A DNA stretch of 54,417 bases, taken from the sequence record NC_052991.1; one strand, 5' to 3'. The stretch's first letter is position 1; every line of letters starts with the position of its first letter. Below are positions 17,043-27,238 of the stretch, in pieces. The stretch is from Serratia phage KpYy 1 41. A program made the position numbers and the translations under genes. The notes under the pieces are model-generated. The model saw only the letters and a program-made list of their open reading frames with translations. It made no database searches and was not told where the DNA came from.

Positions 17043-18272
17043 TTACGCGACGAATTTGGTACCGACTTTAAGCCCGGCCAGTTTTGTAAGATTCCAACGT
17101 GCGCCGTCCGCCGGGTCAGACACCATCTGCAACGTGTTGAAACGCCACTGGCCGCCTTGTTCGAGCGTCGAGGTGTTCTCGCTTTGGGTTTGAGTGGCCC
17201 CGGACTTCGCGATCGCGGCTGCTTGTCTGCTCCCAAGCAACGGGTTTCGGGCCATCGTCCGGACGTTAACCGCTTCGATCGACGCAAGGCGGGAACTGAC
17301 TTTGGAAATGTCGATGTTATACAGGTCTTGCAGCCCCACCACGTCCGCCCCCAAGATGGCCGCCGTAACAGACGGGATGGGGTTAACGCCACCGTTAGCG
17401 ATTGGCGTCACTGCGACGGCGGCGTTTGAAGAATATCCGTCTGGACGCGAGAACTGGACGACGTCATCGGTGACAGGATTAAACGCGTATACTTTCGTCG
17501 AAGACCCGAGGCGCTGATCTGCATCGGAGACGATTTTCTGGATGTACATGTCCCGCAGTTCAAAACCGAAGAACGGCGTGCTATTAGTATTACCGCCGAC
17601 GTAGTGTTCGCACATCAAAATAATGCCGTAAGACATATCATTGGCGGTGTAGTTGGGACGGGTCGAGACTAGTTCATCGTCCTGATAGATATTGAGGGTC
17701 TTGGTATCGACGATCCATTCAATCTCCATGTATTTTTCAGCCTGCCCCGCTATAGCCTGAATACCATACAAGTTTTGCGCGTTCGCTTCGTTCATCGCTG
17801 CCGGACAGATATAAATGTTATATCCGATCTGATTGGTGGGATGCAATGCGCGGCCGATCCGGAAGCCCATACGCCACGACGTCGTCAGGCGTTCCGCCGA
17901 CGGCCAGCACAAATCAATACGGAACTGCCAACCACCCCACCAGTCCGATTGGTTTGCGGGTTGCGATAGTTCAGAGCTAAGACACGGCACGGAGTTATCA
18001 AAGAAAGACGGCTTAACGCGCCCGAAGACATAGGATGACCCATACGATCCGTTCGATACCCATTTGCGGCCGTAATAGTTGATCAAAGGGAGTAAGCCGC
18101 CGTTTTGGTTGCCGAGGCCCCCCCTGCCGAAAATATTGTTAATCAAGTTATCATTGGACAACGCATGTCCGACCGATGCAGTATCATTGTTGTTGATAAA
18201 CAGATTGGCTTGACCGATGTTCATCGTGTTATTGACGATGCCATTAAAACCGCAGTGCCAAACTACAGGCAT
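17043..18272 (-). CDS. tail fibre / receptor-binding protein candidate (409 aa)
   Basis: Asn/Gly-rich sequence positioned distal to the J-like gene. Confidence 0.4.
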   Translation of the reverse strand: MPVVWHCGFNGIVNNTMNIGQANLFINNNDTASVGHALSNDNLINNIFGRGGLGNQNGGLLPLINYYGRKWVSNGSYGSSYVFGRVKPSFFDNSVPCLSSELSQPANQSDWWGGWQFRIDLCWPSAERLTTSWRMGFRIGRALHPTNQIGYNIYICPAAMNEANAQNLYGIQAIAGQAEKYMEIEWIVDTKTLNIYQDDELVSTRPNYTANDMSYGIILMCEHYVGGNTNSTPFFGFELRDMYIQKIVSDADQRLGSSTKVYAFNPVTDDVVQFSRPDGYSSNAAVAVTPIANGGVNPIPSVTAAILGADVVGLQDLYNIDISKVSSRLASIEAVNVRTMARNPLLGSRQAAAIAKSGATQTQSENTSTLEQGGQWRFNTLQMVSDPADGARWNLTKLAGLKVGTKFVA

Positions 18273-18286
18273 AGTGTATCCCTCCC

Positions 18287-19306
18287 TTATCGAGTGATGA
18301 TGCCGAATTGCAAAGATTCGACGTTGTTCTGGTTCCAGTCACTTCCGCCCGGCGCTTGCTCGAACGACGCCTGATAATACTTGTACGACTCGGTGAGCGG
18401 CACCTGAATTTCAGTCGGCGTACCACCTTCCGTGTTGACCACCAGACCGAGTTTACGGTCATCAAGGTCGCCTTTACGGGCGTACGCGATGACGGACACG
18501 GCGAAGATCTGGTTATTGTTCGGCAGCGTCACGTTCGAGCGGTACATATCGGTGGCCCCTGCGGTGTTAGATTGCAGGTATGGCTTCGACTCGCCGCCCG
18601 GGGAAAGCTGTGACACGATCTGATAGTGCGGCGTGGAGGACGAAGCATTCACGACTTCCCACTGCGTAGACACGTCGGCCGTCGGCATACGGCTGGTCAC
18701 TTCGACAGGAGTCAGGCGCGCGTTGTTGCGGCTACCGGAGCCATCGATCACGTAGAAATCGTCCAGTGTCTGTTCGCCCGCATTCGGCGCGGTACCCGTC
18801 TGGCCCCAAACGATTGTGTACGTGGTGGTCGGCGCACTCGATGGCGCGACGGTTAACTGCAATTCGTTATTCGCGTAGATCTTGACGGTGTTGGCCGTCT
18901 TGTCGATCTCGATTTCGAAGTAGTACCATGCGTTCAGGATCAGCGGGTTCACGCCCAACTCTTCCCCTACGCGGATTTTCCCGGTCGTGGTATCCCACTC
19001 GATGTCCACGATGTTCTCGATACGCGCGATACGCATACGGGACAGTCCGGCCTTCATGGCGAAGCCGAAGACCACCAGCGTCGCCGTCGTGGTGAATCCC
19101 CATGACAGGGAGGCGTTGACGGACGAACTGGCGGCCACGGTGAATTTCAGCGCACGCGCACCTGTCCGGCGGCCCTCGACAACGGAAAAGGTGGTATCGC
19201 TGGCGTTACGCACCACGTACCCGGCGGCTTCCAGATAGCCTTGTAGGGCCGTACCCTTCACGCCGATTTCGGCATAGTGGTCGTACCCGTCACAGAATTT
19301 AAACAT
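18287..19306 (-). CDS. tail-associated protein, paralog 3 of a tandem triplet
   Basis: 339 aa, with the N-terminus MFKFCDGYDHY. It shares the blocks VVFGFAMKA, KIYANNELQ and DDFYVIDGSGS with the two upstream genes. Confidence 0.5.
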   Translation of the reverse strand: MFKFCDGYDHYAEIGVKGTALQGYLEAAGYVVRNASDTTFSVVEGRRTGARALKFTVAASSSVNASLSWGFTTTATLVVFGFAMKAGLSRMRIARIENIVDIEWDTTTGKIRVGEELGVNPLILNAWYYFEIEIDKTANTVKIYANNELQLTVAPSSAPTTTYTIVWGQTGTAPNAGEQTLDDFYVIDGSGSRNNARLTPVEVTSRMPTADVSTQWEVVNASSSTPHYQIVSQLSPGGESKPYLQSNTAGATDMYRSNVTLPNNNQIFAVSVIAYARKGDLDDRKLGLVVNTEGGTPTEIQVPLTESYKYYQASFEQAPGGSDWNQNNVESLQFGIITR

Positions 19307-19319
19307 TTCGGTATGCTCC

Positions 19320-20282
19320 TTATGGTCTTACGGCAACGCCGAACGGCGCTTCGCTGAGTCGTTCATCATTCCAGTCCAGTCCGGCCGGATTCGTCTCAAA
19401 CACAGCATAACTATACTTTTCAGTCGTGGATAGCGCCGCGTCGATAACTTCTTTTTGCGTGCTGCCTTTTTGCCCCATGACCATGCCTAACTGACGGTTG
19501 TCCACGTCAGACTTTTTGTTCAGTACGGTCATGCCGACGGCCAGAATGTTTTGCGTGTCAGGGATGACGGTGTTTGATAAAAACGTGTCCATCGCGCCGG
19601 ACGTGTTCGACTGGATGTACGACCCTTCGACTGGCGGCTGGTTATAGACGAGCGGGTAGTGGTCAGTGCCGGACGACGGCGACCACTCTTTGTCAACGTC
19701 CACCATCGGCAGGCGGCTGGTGATCTGGATAGGCCCGATGCGCCCGGTATACTTGCCCGGCTGATTGTCGATGAACTGGAAGTCGTCGAGAAGGTATTGC
19801 GCCGTGGAAACGCCCGCCCATGTGACTTCGTAGTTAGTGACCGGGTTCGCACTCGATGGCGACGGCGCAGTGATGTCCAGCCCGTTGTTCACGTACACCT
19901 CGATCGTGCTGGTGGTCTTGTCCAGTACCACTTCGATGTAGTACCACAAGTCCAGCAGCAGCACCGCCGTTCCGGTACCGCCCGCTGCCGAGATTTTCCC
20001 GTCAGTCTCGTTCCACGTAACCGTCGCCACGTCCTTGATGGTGACGAGCGTGTGACGTTTCCCGATCGCGCGGAAGGCAAAGCCAAACACGACCTTCGTG
20101 GCCCCGGAGGTGAACACGCGTTTCAGGCTGGCCGTGTCCGGCAGCGATACCGCCATCTGCGTAGCCACGCGCCCTTCCTCCAGCGTGGGCGTACCCGTCA
20201 CGGTATACCCGCACTTGGTCAGCCCGTCTGTAACGTCAGACCAGCCGCGTAGCTGGTCAAATCCGTCCATAAATTTCAGCAT
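19320..20282 (-). CDS. tail-associated protein, paralog 2
   Basis: 320 aa, with the N-terminus MLKFMDGFDQL and the blocks VVFGFAFRA, EVYVNNGLD, DDFQFIDNQPG and IQITSRLP. Confidence 0.5.
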   Translation of the reverse strand: MLKFMDGFDQLRGWSDVTDGLTKCGYTVTGTPTLEEGRVATQMAVSLPDTASLKRVFTSGATKVVFGFAFRAIGKRHTLVTIKDVATVTWNETDGKISAAGGTGTAVLLLDLWYYIEVVLDKTTSTIEVYVNNGLDITAPSPSSANPVTNYEVTWAGVSTAQYLLDDFQFIDNQPGKYTGRIGPIQITSRLPMVDVDKEWSPSSGTDHYPLVYNQPPVEGSYIQSNTSGAMDTFLSNTVIPDTQNILAVGMTVLNKKSDVDNRQLGMVMGQKGSTQKEVIDAALSTTEKYSYAVFETNPAGLDWNDERLSEAPFGVAVRP

Positions 20283-20292
20283 AGTAACCCCT

Positions 20293-21300
20293 TTAAATTA
20301 CTGAACGCACACCGAATTCGGCGGCTTCAATGGCGGCCTGATCATAACCGCTTGTGGTGAATTGCGCGTAACGATATTCCCAATTACGGCCAATATTCGA
20401 CAGGGTAACAGTGTGGCTGTCAATGTTCGCGATAATCGACACCGGGTCGGCCGTGGCCTTCCGGACTAAGGCGATAAGTCCCTGCGCCAGAATGGCCCCG
20501 TTATCCGGCAGTTTGGCCGTCGAGATAAACGAGTCGTGGCGGTCATTCGTGCCAGTATAGATAAACTTGTTTGCCAAGTCCGGCGGCAGTCGGCCGACCA
20601 TCTGGTTATGCGCGGCCGTCGGGTTAGGCCCGGCCACACCCCATTCGGTGTCGCGGTCGCCGTCCGGCAGTCGGCCGCTGATCTGGATGGCACCCATGCG
20701 GCCGCCGTCCTGCGCGTACATGTCGTCGAATACTTTCGTGTCTTCCGTGTACCCGGCGTCTGGCGGGAAGGAGGGCAGCATGTCGAACGGGTTGAACACC
20801 ATGCGCACGACGGCCGACGCGGCGATAACGTCCGGCAGGGTGAAGGCCACGTCGGATTTCCCGTTAACGAACACCTCGATAACCTTCGTTGCGCGGTTCA
20901 TCACGACTTCGTAGTAATACCAGCGCGTCGGGATCGGCGTGACATACCCGACTTCCAGTTGGTCTTCGCCCGTCTGGATGGTGATTAACGCCGACACCGG
21001 GTCGGTGTACACCACGACATGCGGAACATCGCGGCCAGTGGCGTCGCCGATCTTTAGCCCAAATAACGCGCCACGCGCCTGCTGCTTGCACGCAAAGCCT
21101 ACGGTAAGGGTATCACCACCCCACGTCCAGTCGCGCTCGTAGGCGCTGTTCAGCGTGTACATTCCGATGCTCGACGCCAGACGTCCGGCCCCGGCAGACA
21201 GTGAGCCGCGCACTTTGTACCCGGCCAGTTGCATGAACATCCCCGGGTTCGATGTGTCCGAAGACCGGAACTGCTCATATCCATCAAAATAACTTGCCAT
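20293..21300 (-). CDS. tail-associated protein, paralog 1
   Basis: 335 aa, with the N-terminus MASYFDGYEQF and the blocks TVGFACK, EVFVNGKSD, DDMYAQDGG and IQISGRLP. Confidence 0.5.
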   Translation of the reverse strand: MASYFDGYEQFRSSDTSNPGMFMQLAGYKVRGSLSAGAGRLASSIGMYTLNSAYERDWTWGGDTLTVGFACKQQARGALFGLKIGDATGRDVPHVVVYTDPVSALITIQTGEDQLEVGYVTPIPTRWYYYEVVMNRATKVIEVFVNGKSDVAFTLPDVIAASAVVRMVFNPFDMLPSFPPDAGYTEDTKVFDDMYAQDGGRMGAIQISGRLPDGDRDTEWGVAGPNPTAAHNQMVGRLPPDLANKFIYTGTNDRHDSFISTAKLPDNGAILAQGLIALVRKATADPVSIIANIDSHTVTLSNIGRNWEYRYAQFTTSGYDQAAIEAAEFGVRSVI

Positions 21301-21309
21301 GTGATCCCC

Positions 21310-22050
21310 TTAGACCAGTCCCATGCGAATTACGAAGCCAAAGTTTTTCATCCCCGCGACGGCTTCCTGCTGCGCGCGAACCGTCAGGCGATCCCCGGCT
21401 GCGAATGATACCGGGTTGCCCCCGGTCGTGGAAAACGATGCGTTGAAGTTACCGATTTCCACGGTCATCGTTGCGACGTTCTGGCCGTTACGCTGCACGC
21501 GGAACTGGTAATAGGCCGGGCTTGCGCCGTCGGCCATGTCGAACTGTGAGCCAACCATATTGGCAGGCAGATACATCGGGTCAAGGATCGGCAGATGCAC
21601 GACGGGTTCATTCGCGTACATGCTGTCCGACACGGTCACGCCGATGTCGTACCATTTCGGCTTAACGCTTGGGTCAGGGTCGGGGTTGACCGGGTCATCC
21701 CCGGTCGCCTCGTCAAGCCACGTCGTGCCGTTAAACCATAAGAATTTCTCATACGAACGAACGCGAGCGCGCCACCCGTAGCGAGGCGTGTAAAACGTCC
21801 AGACCTTTTCCACGTACACGGCCACATCGCCTTCATGCCCGGCCCACGCCCCCGTCGGGTTAGCCGCGACGACGTAGGTGGCCCCGTCCACCGCGTTAGG
21901 CGGCGGAGCGGAGAAGGTCAGCGATTCCAGTGTCAGGAATAGCGTGGTGTCGAGGAAGATTTGCGAGTCGGACATCGGGCCACCCCAATAGTCTTCCCCG
22001 CGAATCCACCCGTAGGGTAGCCCCTGATTCGGGGCTGTCTTTTTCGGCAT
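21310..22050 (-). CDS. tail protein (246 aa)
   Basis: Immediately downstream of the J-like gene, with the stop and start adjacent. Confidence 0.4.
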   Translation of the reverse strand: MPKKTAPNQGLPYGWIRGEDYWGGPMSDSQIFLDTTLFLTLESLTFSAPPPNAVDGATYVVAANPTGAWAGHEGDVAVYVEKVWTFYTPRYGWRARVRSYEKFLWFNGTTWLDEATGDDPVNPDPDPSVKPKWYDIGVTVSDSMYANEPVVHLPILDPMYLPANMVGSQFDMADGASPAYYQFRVQRNGQNVATMTVEIGNFNASFSTTGGNPVSFAAGDRLTVRAQQEAVAGMKNFGFVIRMGLV

Positions 22051-25000
22051 TATTCAGGTTCCTCTTCTGCTGGTGGAACGTATCGGAAATCTGGCAGCGT
22101 CATCGCCCAACCGTGATCCCAACTCAACGACCAGCCCGGCACGTTGGTCGGGTCGATCGGCGGGTCTGGCGGAGTCGGCGGATCAGTATCCGGGTCTTCC
22201 GGGTCTACAGGCGGTTGCGGGTCTTCCGGTTCGTCCGGCTTGGTCGGCTCGGATGGGTCGGTTGTACCCGGCTCGCTCGGGTCTGGACGATCCGGCGGCT
22301 CCGTAGGTGGCGTGGTACCTCCTGTATTGCCTCCGCCCGGCGGGTTCCACGGCCCATCGCCACCGCCCGGTTTCTGACCCGGAGGAAGTGGGAAGGACGG
22401 CACGCGCACGGTCATCGTGTATCCCTGCCAGTTCAGCATTCCATCACGAATCGCGTTGACGGTCACGTTTAACGTGGAGTAGCCGCCAGCGTCTTGCGCA
22501 TATCCCGCCTGACGGCCCCAACGTTCAAGGTCGGCCGCACGCATGATGAAGCCCGCGTCTTCCGTGTCGAACTGAGACAGCAGCGAGAAGCCACTGCCGG
22601 ACTGTGACCAGTACGCATAGCCGATACGCACGCGGTACTTCACGCCCGGTTCCGGGTTGATACCGACGGCGAAATGGTCGCGCGCCGTGTTTGCCTGAGT
22701 TACGCGGTTGCGGTGGGCGTACGTGCAGGCCACGTCTTTTGCTTTCAGGTTGTTGTACGGGTTGAAATCGTCTGCCAGTCCGCTCGCGGTGTTGAAGAAC
22801 GGTTGGCCGCCAATCATCATCAGGCCCGGCGGGTATGGACGCTTCGGACGGTACTGCATCTGCAACTGGAGCGGGTACAGCTTGCTCAACGGGATGTCGG
22901 TGCCGTAGGTATCCGGGCGAACGATGACCATTGCTTTTTCGTTGTCGCCGAATGCCATGTCGGAGTAACCGAAGCCCACGGAGATCAGCCAGACCGGACG
23001 GCGGCTGTAGTGCTGCGCCGGAATGGTGTCAGCCACGCCACGCCCAATCTTGTACGTGCGGCCGTTGATGGCGGTGATGGACATCAATTCCTGATCGATA
23101 AGCAGAAGGTCGCCCACCTGCGCGCCCGCGATAGGAACGCCGTCTTTATCCGACGTCGGGTCAATCGTCACTTCGTCCGTGAAGAAGCCGAGGCCGACGG
23201 TTGTCATGCCCCACGGTGTCCACGGCTGAGTCCCGGCGGAAGCGTAATCCGCATCGGCTTCATGCTTGGTGAACAGGGTATACGAATCGACGGTGCGGTC
23301 GGACGAACGCGCCACGTACGCGCTGACTTTCGACGTGTTCAGGTCACGGCCGTCGCGGGATAACTGGATGTACGGTGTTTCGTACAGCAGCGTATCGAGC
23401 GGCGTAATGATGGACGACGTCTGCGTAACTTGGTGCGGCAGCAGCGCCACGTTCGGGCCACTCATGCTATCCGCTTCGCCGAAATCGCCACTGCCATCCG
23501 GTTGAACGGCCTGCTGCATCAGCGCGGACACGTACGGCCCGGACATGGACGGCGTAGGTGGTTCCGGATCGACTTCCGGGTTATACGGCTGCGCGGCGAA
23601 CTGCATCAGGCTGGCGTTATACACGAACTGCGGAGGCTTCTTATAAACGCTGACCTTCATTTCGTAGTATTCCCAACTTTCGCGGCCGCTGCGGACAGAC
23701 GTCAGGCGGAGGGTCGCGAGCACCGGGTCGAACAGGCTGGCTTCGACATTCATGTCAGCCGCTGCGGTTGCGTACGGCCAATTCCACGACGTGCCGTTGA
23801 TACCGGACTCGGTGCGAACCAACGTTCCTTCCTGATTGAAGACGCGAATGGTGTACGAGGTTCCCGGTTCAGGCCCGATATCGCCGTCGATGTGCGGGAC
23901 TGGCTTATCGCCTTGCAGGATGCGGTCGCGGTGCGCCCAAGTCAGGGTGTACGTGTCAGGCGTTTCCCCGGCGTTGGCCGTGTAGGTCAGCGCGGACGGC
24001 ACATACCAGCGTTGCAGCGTTGACGTCGAAGCGAGATAGTGCTGCACGTTGCCCGGCGGGTATGGGCGGATTTGGCGGAAGTCCATGTCCAGATGATCAA
24101 TCGGCGCATCTTCAATCGGGAAGCGGCCGCCGCCCAATGTCCACGGCAGGATTTTGATGTCGATGGACTCGTTGCCCGCGTATTTCTGCCAGTCGGTACC
24201 GCCGTCGTACGTCGTCACCCAAAGCATTTCGCTTTTCTGGTGGCGGAATGGGATGGTGTCGAGTACGCCGCGCGCCACGGTAATCACGTTGCCATTGATG
24301 GCGTCGATGCGGACAAACTCTTCGGCGATTTCCATCTGCGTGCGTTGGCCGTCAAGGACAGGCTTGGCGATGCGCGCCACAAATCCGGGCTGAACGTCGT
24401 CCCACATGTCGGTCATTTCTGACAGGATGATTTGCGTTGACAGGTAGTCAATGTCGGCGGCCAGCGATCCGAACGCACCGAAGTCACCGTTGCCACGGAT
24501 GTCGAAGCCCGATTCACCTTCGGCCATGATACCCATGTCATACGCGGCGGACATGTCAGTCGGCTTCTCGGCCTGCGAGTTGATGAACGCATCGTTCGGG
24601 CCTACGGCGTTCAGTTCGCCGTCCGGTAGCTGCTGTACCAGATCCACGTACGGCATTTCGTACACGATACGGCGGGCAATCGCAGGCGTCAGGTCAGGCT
24701 CGTATCCGGATGGCGGCTCGACTTGGTTGAACGTGTTTAACTGGAAGGCGAACTGGTCTTGCAGCGCGACAATCTTGATCTTGCCGTCCGGCAGCGTGCC
24801 GTCTTCAACGGTACCGACGCGGATAACAACTTCGGTCAGGCCGCGCTGTTTCGGGTCACGCACTTTCAGCACGTCGCCCGGCTGCACGTTCCATGCCCGG
24901 CGGTCACAGATCACGGTGAAACGGCGGACGTTGGTAGACGCGGCGCGCAAGTCACGCTGTGCCACCTGCATCGCCAGTTTCCCGGTAGGGATGCCGAGGT

Positions 25001-25940
25001 ATTCAATCGTGTTGCTGTTCAGACAGCCCTGATTCTGGATCTGCGCGAGGTTGTGGCTACGCACCTGCTGGTCTTCGTCCATAATCGGGTTGTGGTAAGT
25101 CACGACTACTTCGTTAACCAGATTGGCCGGAGACGCGTTGGTCGCTTCCTGAATGGACAGCAGCCCGGAATCCGTGTCGAAGATCGGCAGCGTATCGAAG
25201 TCGTAGTCCTTCCGGATCAACCGCAAGGACAGTTTGCCAGTCACTTTGCTGACGTACATCGCACCGCCAATGTGGTCGAGGATAAGCTGCATGAACGATT
25301 CGAGCGTGTCCTGACGGTTCCACCGGATGCAAAGGCCGAAGTTCTCGTTGAACAGGGTGTCGGCCGCGAGGCGGAACGTCGTATCGTCGATAAGGTCGCG
25401 CGACAGACCACGGCCCCACTCGTAGTTCGACTGGCATTCATACAGGATGTGCGCCGGGTTCATGGCATGGACTTCGTGCTGGTTGCCCTGCCCGTCGTAC
25501 CCCTGCATCTTGACCAGACATTTATCCGCATACCAGACGCCGCCAGTCCACCCGGCCGTAGAGCGGCGGGCCTTGAATTTCCATTGCTTCGGGTAGGGGT
25601 TCATGGCGCAGATCAGGCCGTCGAAATACGCGGTAACGACACCCCGGAATTCCGGCTGGCGGCCGCCGAGCATGTTCTTTAACTTCTGGCTGACGGTCTG
25701 CGTCGGCGCGCCCATATAAACTTCGAGCGGGCCATCAATGCCCCCTTCCGCCTTCGTGCCGCCGAACAAGTCTTCGCGGTTGATCTGGATGGTTGTGTTG
25801 CCAGTGATTGAGCCTGTCCACGCGGTACGGTCGCCCACGCGGATCTCGACAATCTCATTCACCGGGCCACGGAAAAGGCCCATAAACAGGCCCATGTAGT
25901 ATTTGTACCCAACCGTAATCTTCTTGGCTTTACTTCCCAT
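22050..25940 (-). CDS. central tail fibre / host specificity protein, lambda J-like (1296 aa)
   Basis: The N-terminus MGSKAKKITVGYKYYMGLFMGLFRGP and the overall size are typical of the lambda J family. The C-terminus is Pro/Gly-rich and of low complexity. Confidence 0.75.
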   Translation of the reverse strand: MGSKAKKITVGYKYYMGLFMGLFRGPVNEIVEIRVGDRTAWTGSITGNTTIQINREDLFGGTKAEGGIDGPLEVYMGAPTQTVSQKLKNMLGGRQPEFRGVVTAYFDGLICAMNPYPKQWKFKARRSTAGWTGGVWYADKCLVKMQGYDGQGNQHEVHAMNPAHILYECQSNYEWGRGLSRDLIDDTTFRLAADTLFNENFGLCIRWNRQDTLESFMQLILDHIGGAMYVSKVTGKLSLRLIRKDYDFDTLPIFDTDSGLLSIQEATNASPANLVNEVVVTYHNPIMDEDQQVRSHNLAQIQNQGCLNSNTIEYLGIPTGKLAMQVAQRDLRAASTNVRRFTVICDRRAWNVQPGDVLKVRDPKQRGLTEVVIRVGTVEDGTLPDGKIKIVALQDQFAFQLNTFNQVEPPSGYEPDLTPAIARRIVYEMPYVDLVQQLPDGELNAVGPNDAFINSQAEKPTDMSAAYDMGIMAEGESGFDIRGNGDFGAFGSLAADIDYLSTQIILSEMTDMWDDVQPGFVARIAKPVLDGQRTQMEIAEEFVRIDAINGNVITVARGVLDTIPFRHQKSEMLWVTTYDGGTDWQKYAGNESIDIKILPWTLGGGRFPIEDAPIDHLDMDFRQIRPYPPGNVQHYLASTSTLQRWYVPSALTYTANAGETPDTYTLTWAHRDRILQGDKPVPHIDGDIGPEPGTSYTIRVFNQEGTLVRTESGINGTSWNWPYATAAADMNVEASLFDPVLATLRLTSVRSGRESWEYYEMKVSVYKKPPQFVYNASLMQFAAQPYNPEVDPEPPTPSMSGPYVSALMQQAVQPDGSGDFGEADSMSGPNVALLPHQVTQTSSIITPLDTLLYETPYIQLSRDGRDLNTSKVSAYVARSSDRTVDSYTLFTKHEADADYASAGTQPWTPWGMTTVGLGFFTDEVTIDPTSDKDGVPIAGAQVGDLLLIDQELMSITAINGRTYKIGRGVADTIPAQHYSRRPVWLISVGFGYSDMAFGDNEKAMVIVRPDTYGTDIPLSKLYPLQLQMQYRPKRPYPPGLMMIGGQPFFNTASGLADDFNPYNNLKAKDVACTYAHRNRVTQANTARDHFAVGINPEPGVKYRVRIGYAYWSQSGSGFSLLSQFDTEDAGFIMRAADLERWGRQAGYAQDAGGYSTLNVTVNAIRDGMLNWQGYTMTVRVPSFPLPPGQKPGGGDGPWNPPGGGNTGGTTPPTEPPDRPDPSEPGTTDPSEPTKPDEPEDPQPPVDPEDPDTDPPTPPDPPIDPTNVPGWSLSWDHGWAMTLPDFRYVPPAEEEPE

Positions 25941-26169
25941 GTGCGTGCGCCTCGTCCCATTCTTGTTGGGCCACGGCTGCGGCTTTACGCAGCAGCGGGT
26001 TTGCGGACTTCATGGCTTCCGCTACCGGGTAGCCTTCCCGTAGGAATTGCTCGAAGGTGATACCGAAGCGCTCGGCCAAGCGCTCCGACCCGTTTTTGCA
26101 ATACCCGAGTTTCCGGGCATGGCGCATAAAGATGCGCGGCTGATCCTGCGGCTCGTCGTGTCTGCTCAT
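25930..26169 (-). CDS. small tail-module protein (79 aa)
   Basis: ORF between the L-like and J-like genes. Confidence 0.35.
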   Translation of the reverse strand: MSRHDEPQDQPRIFMRHARKLGYCKNGSERLAERFGITFEQFLREGYPVAEAMKSANPLLRKAAAVAQQEWDEAHAHGK

Positions 26170-26399
26170 TATTTTTTCGCCTGTTTCGCTTTAACTGCTT
26201 TGGTTCGGAAGTTGCCGAAGCCCAATACCTGCCAGTCGGCTGTCCACACCTCGCCGAATACCACCGACTGCGGCGTGCCTTCCTTCACCTGCGGGATGTC
26301 GAAATCTTGAATTGTTGCTGGTTTTGCCGATGCAGGCTTCGGCGCGAGGGCCGCGTTGATCAGCACCGAGGCCACCAGCATTGCTAACGCCCACCACAT
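26169..26399 (-). CDS. small tail-assembly protein with N-terminal hydrophobic segment (76 aa)
   Basis: Its position corresponds to the lambda I gene region, and it has the hydrophobic segment MWWALAMLVASVLINAALA. Confidence 0.35.
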   Translation of the reverse strand: MWWALAMLVASVLINAALAPKPASAKPATIQDFDIPQVKEGTPQSVVFGEVWTADWQVLGFGNFRTKAVKAKQAKK

Positions 26400-26410
26400 A
26401 GCGATTCTCC

Positions 26411-27229
26411 TTAAAAGATTGGGTTGCCGTCGAACGGGGAACGGTCTGGCAGCGACGGAACACCGCCGAAATTCGCCAGATTGTTGAAGATGGTATCACA
26501 GGCCGTACTGGTACGCGGGCATCCCGGGTAAGTCTTGAGGATGTAGCCCCCGGCCAAACCGTCTACGGTACCAAAGATGGTGATGGTGTTCCCGGTATGG
26601 GTTTCGATGCCGCGCCGCTCCACGCCGTACACCGGGTCGATCCACTCAATGAAGCCGCCCGCGAAGTACCCGTCTGGCCGGGTGGCGTATGCAGCGGCGG
26701 TAACGGTACCCGCGCCGACGGTGAGGATGGTGGCATCCACGCGGAAGGCTTCTTTGTTGACGCGGCATTGGCCGTCATACAGCGCGTGCGGACAACCACG
26801 GCTCCACGAAAGGCGCAGGCCATTTCTGTCCATTGTGGCTGACAGGGTGGAACAGGTGACAGTTGCTACGGTTGGGTTTTCGCCCTGATTGATGCTATCG
26901 ACGGTGCCGACATAACAGACCACCGGGTCGTTATCGTCAAGGTGCATCCGTCGGATAGTCAGGGTTACGGGGGAGCCGGGGGGAGTCCCGATGAAGAGGC
27001 CGACGACGGGATTCGAGTTTGGCAGCGTCAGATTTAGCGCATCCGTCTTAGCCTCGCCCGTTTGTTTAATCCCGTCGTCGGACACCCCCATCGGTTCCCA
27101 AATGCTCCCCAGCGCACTTACTTTAGCGTCTGCGGAGGTATAACGCCAGTATTTATCCAGCAGGCGAAACTCGTACATGAATACGGGCCTGCCGTTGTCG
27201 TTGGACGTCTCGATAATGTTGTAAGACAT
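26411..27229 (-). CDS. minor tail protein, lambda L-like
   Basis: Located two genes after the tape measure. The C-terminal region has four Cys (GCPHALYDGQC ... GCPRTSTACD), consistent with the Fe-S-binding C-terminus of gpL-like proteins. Confidence 0.5.
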   Translation of the reverse strand: MSYNIIETSNDNGRPVFMYEFRLLDKYWRYTSADAKVSALGSIWEPMGVSDDGIKQTGEAKTDALNLTLPNSNPVVGLFIGTPPGSPVTLTIRRMHLDDNDPVVCYVGTVDSINQGENPTVATVTCSTLSATMDRNGLRLSWSRGCPHALYDGQCRVNKEAFRVDATILTVGAGTVTAAAYATRPDGYFAGGFIEWIDPVYGVERRGIETHTGNTITIFGTVDGLAGGYILKTYPGCPRTSTACDTIFNNLANFGGVPSLPDRSPFDGNPIF

Positions 27230-27238
27230 AATGCCCTC

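Noticed and set aside
22674-25682. Several 200-300-aa plus-strand ORFs inside the J-like gene
   Set aside because: They are antisense shadow ORFs. The minus-strand J-family protein is strongly supported by its N-terminal motif and continuous length.
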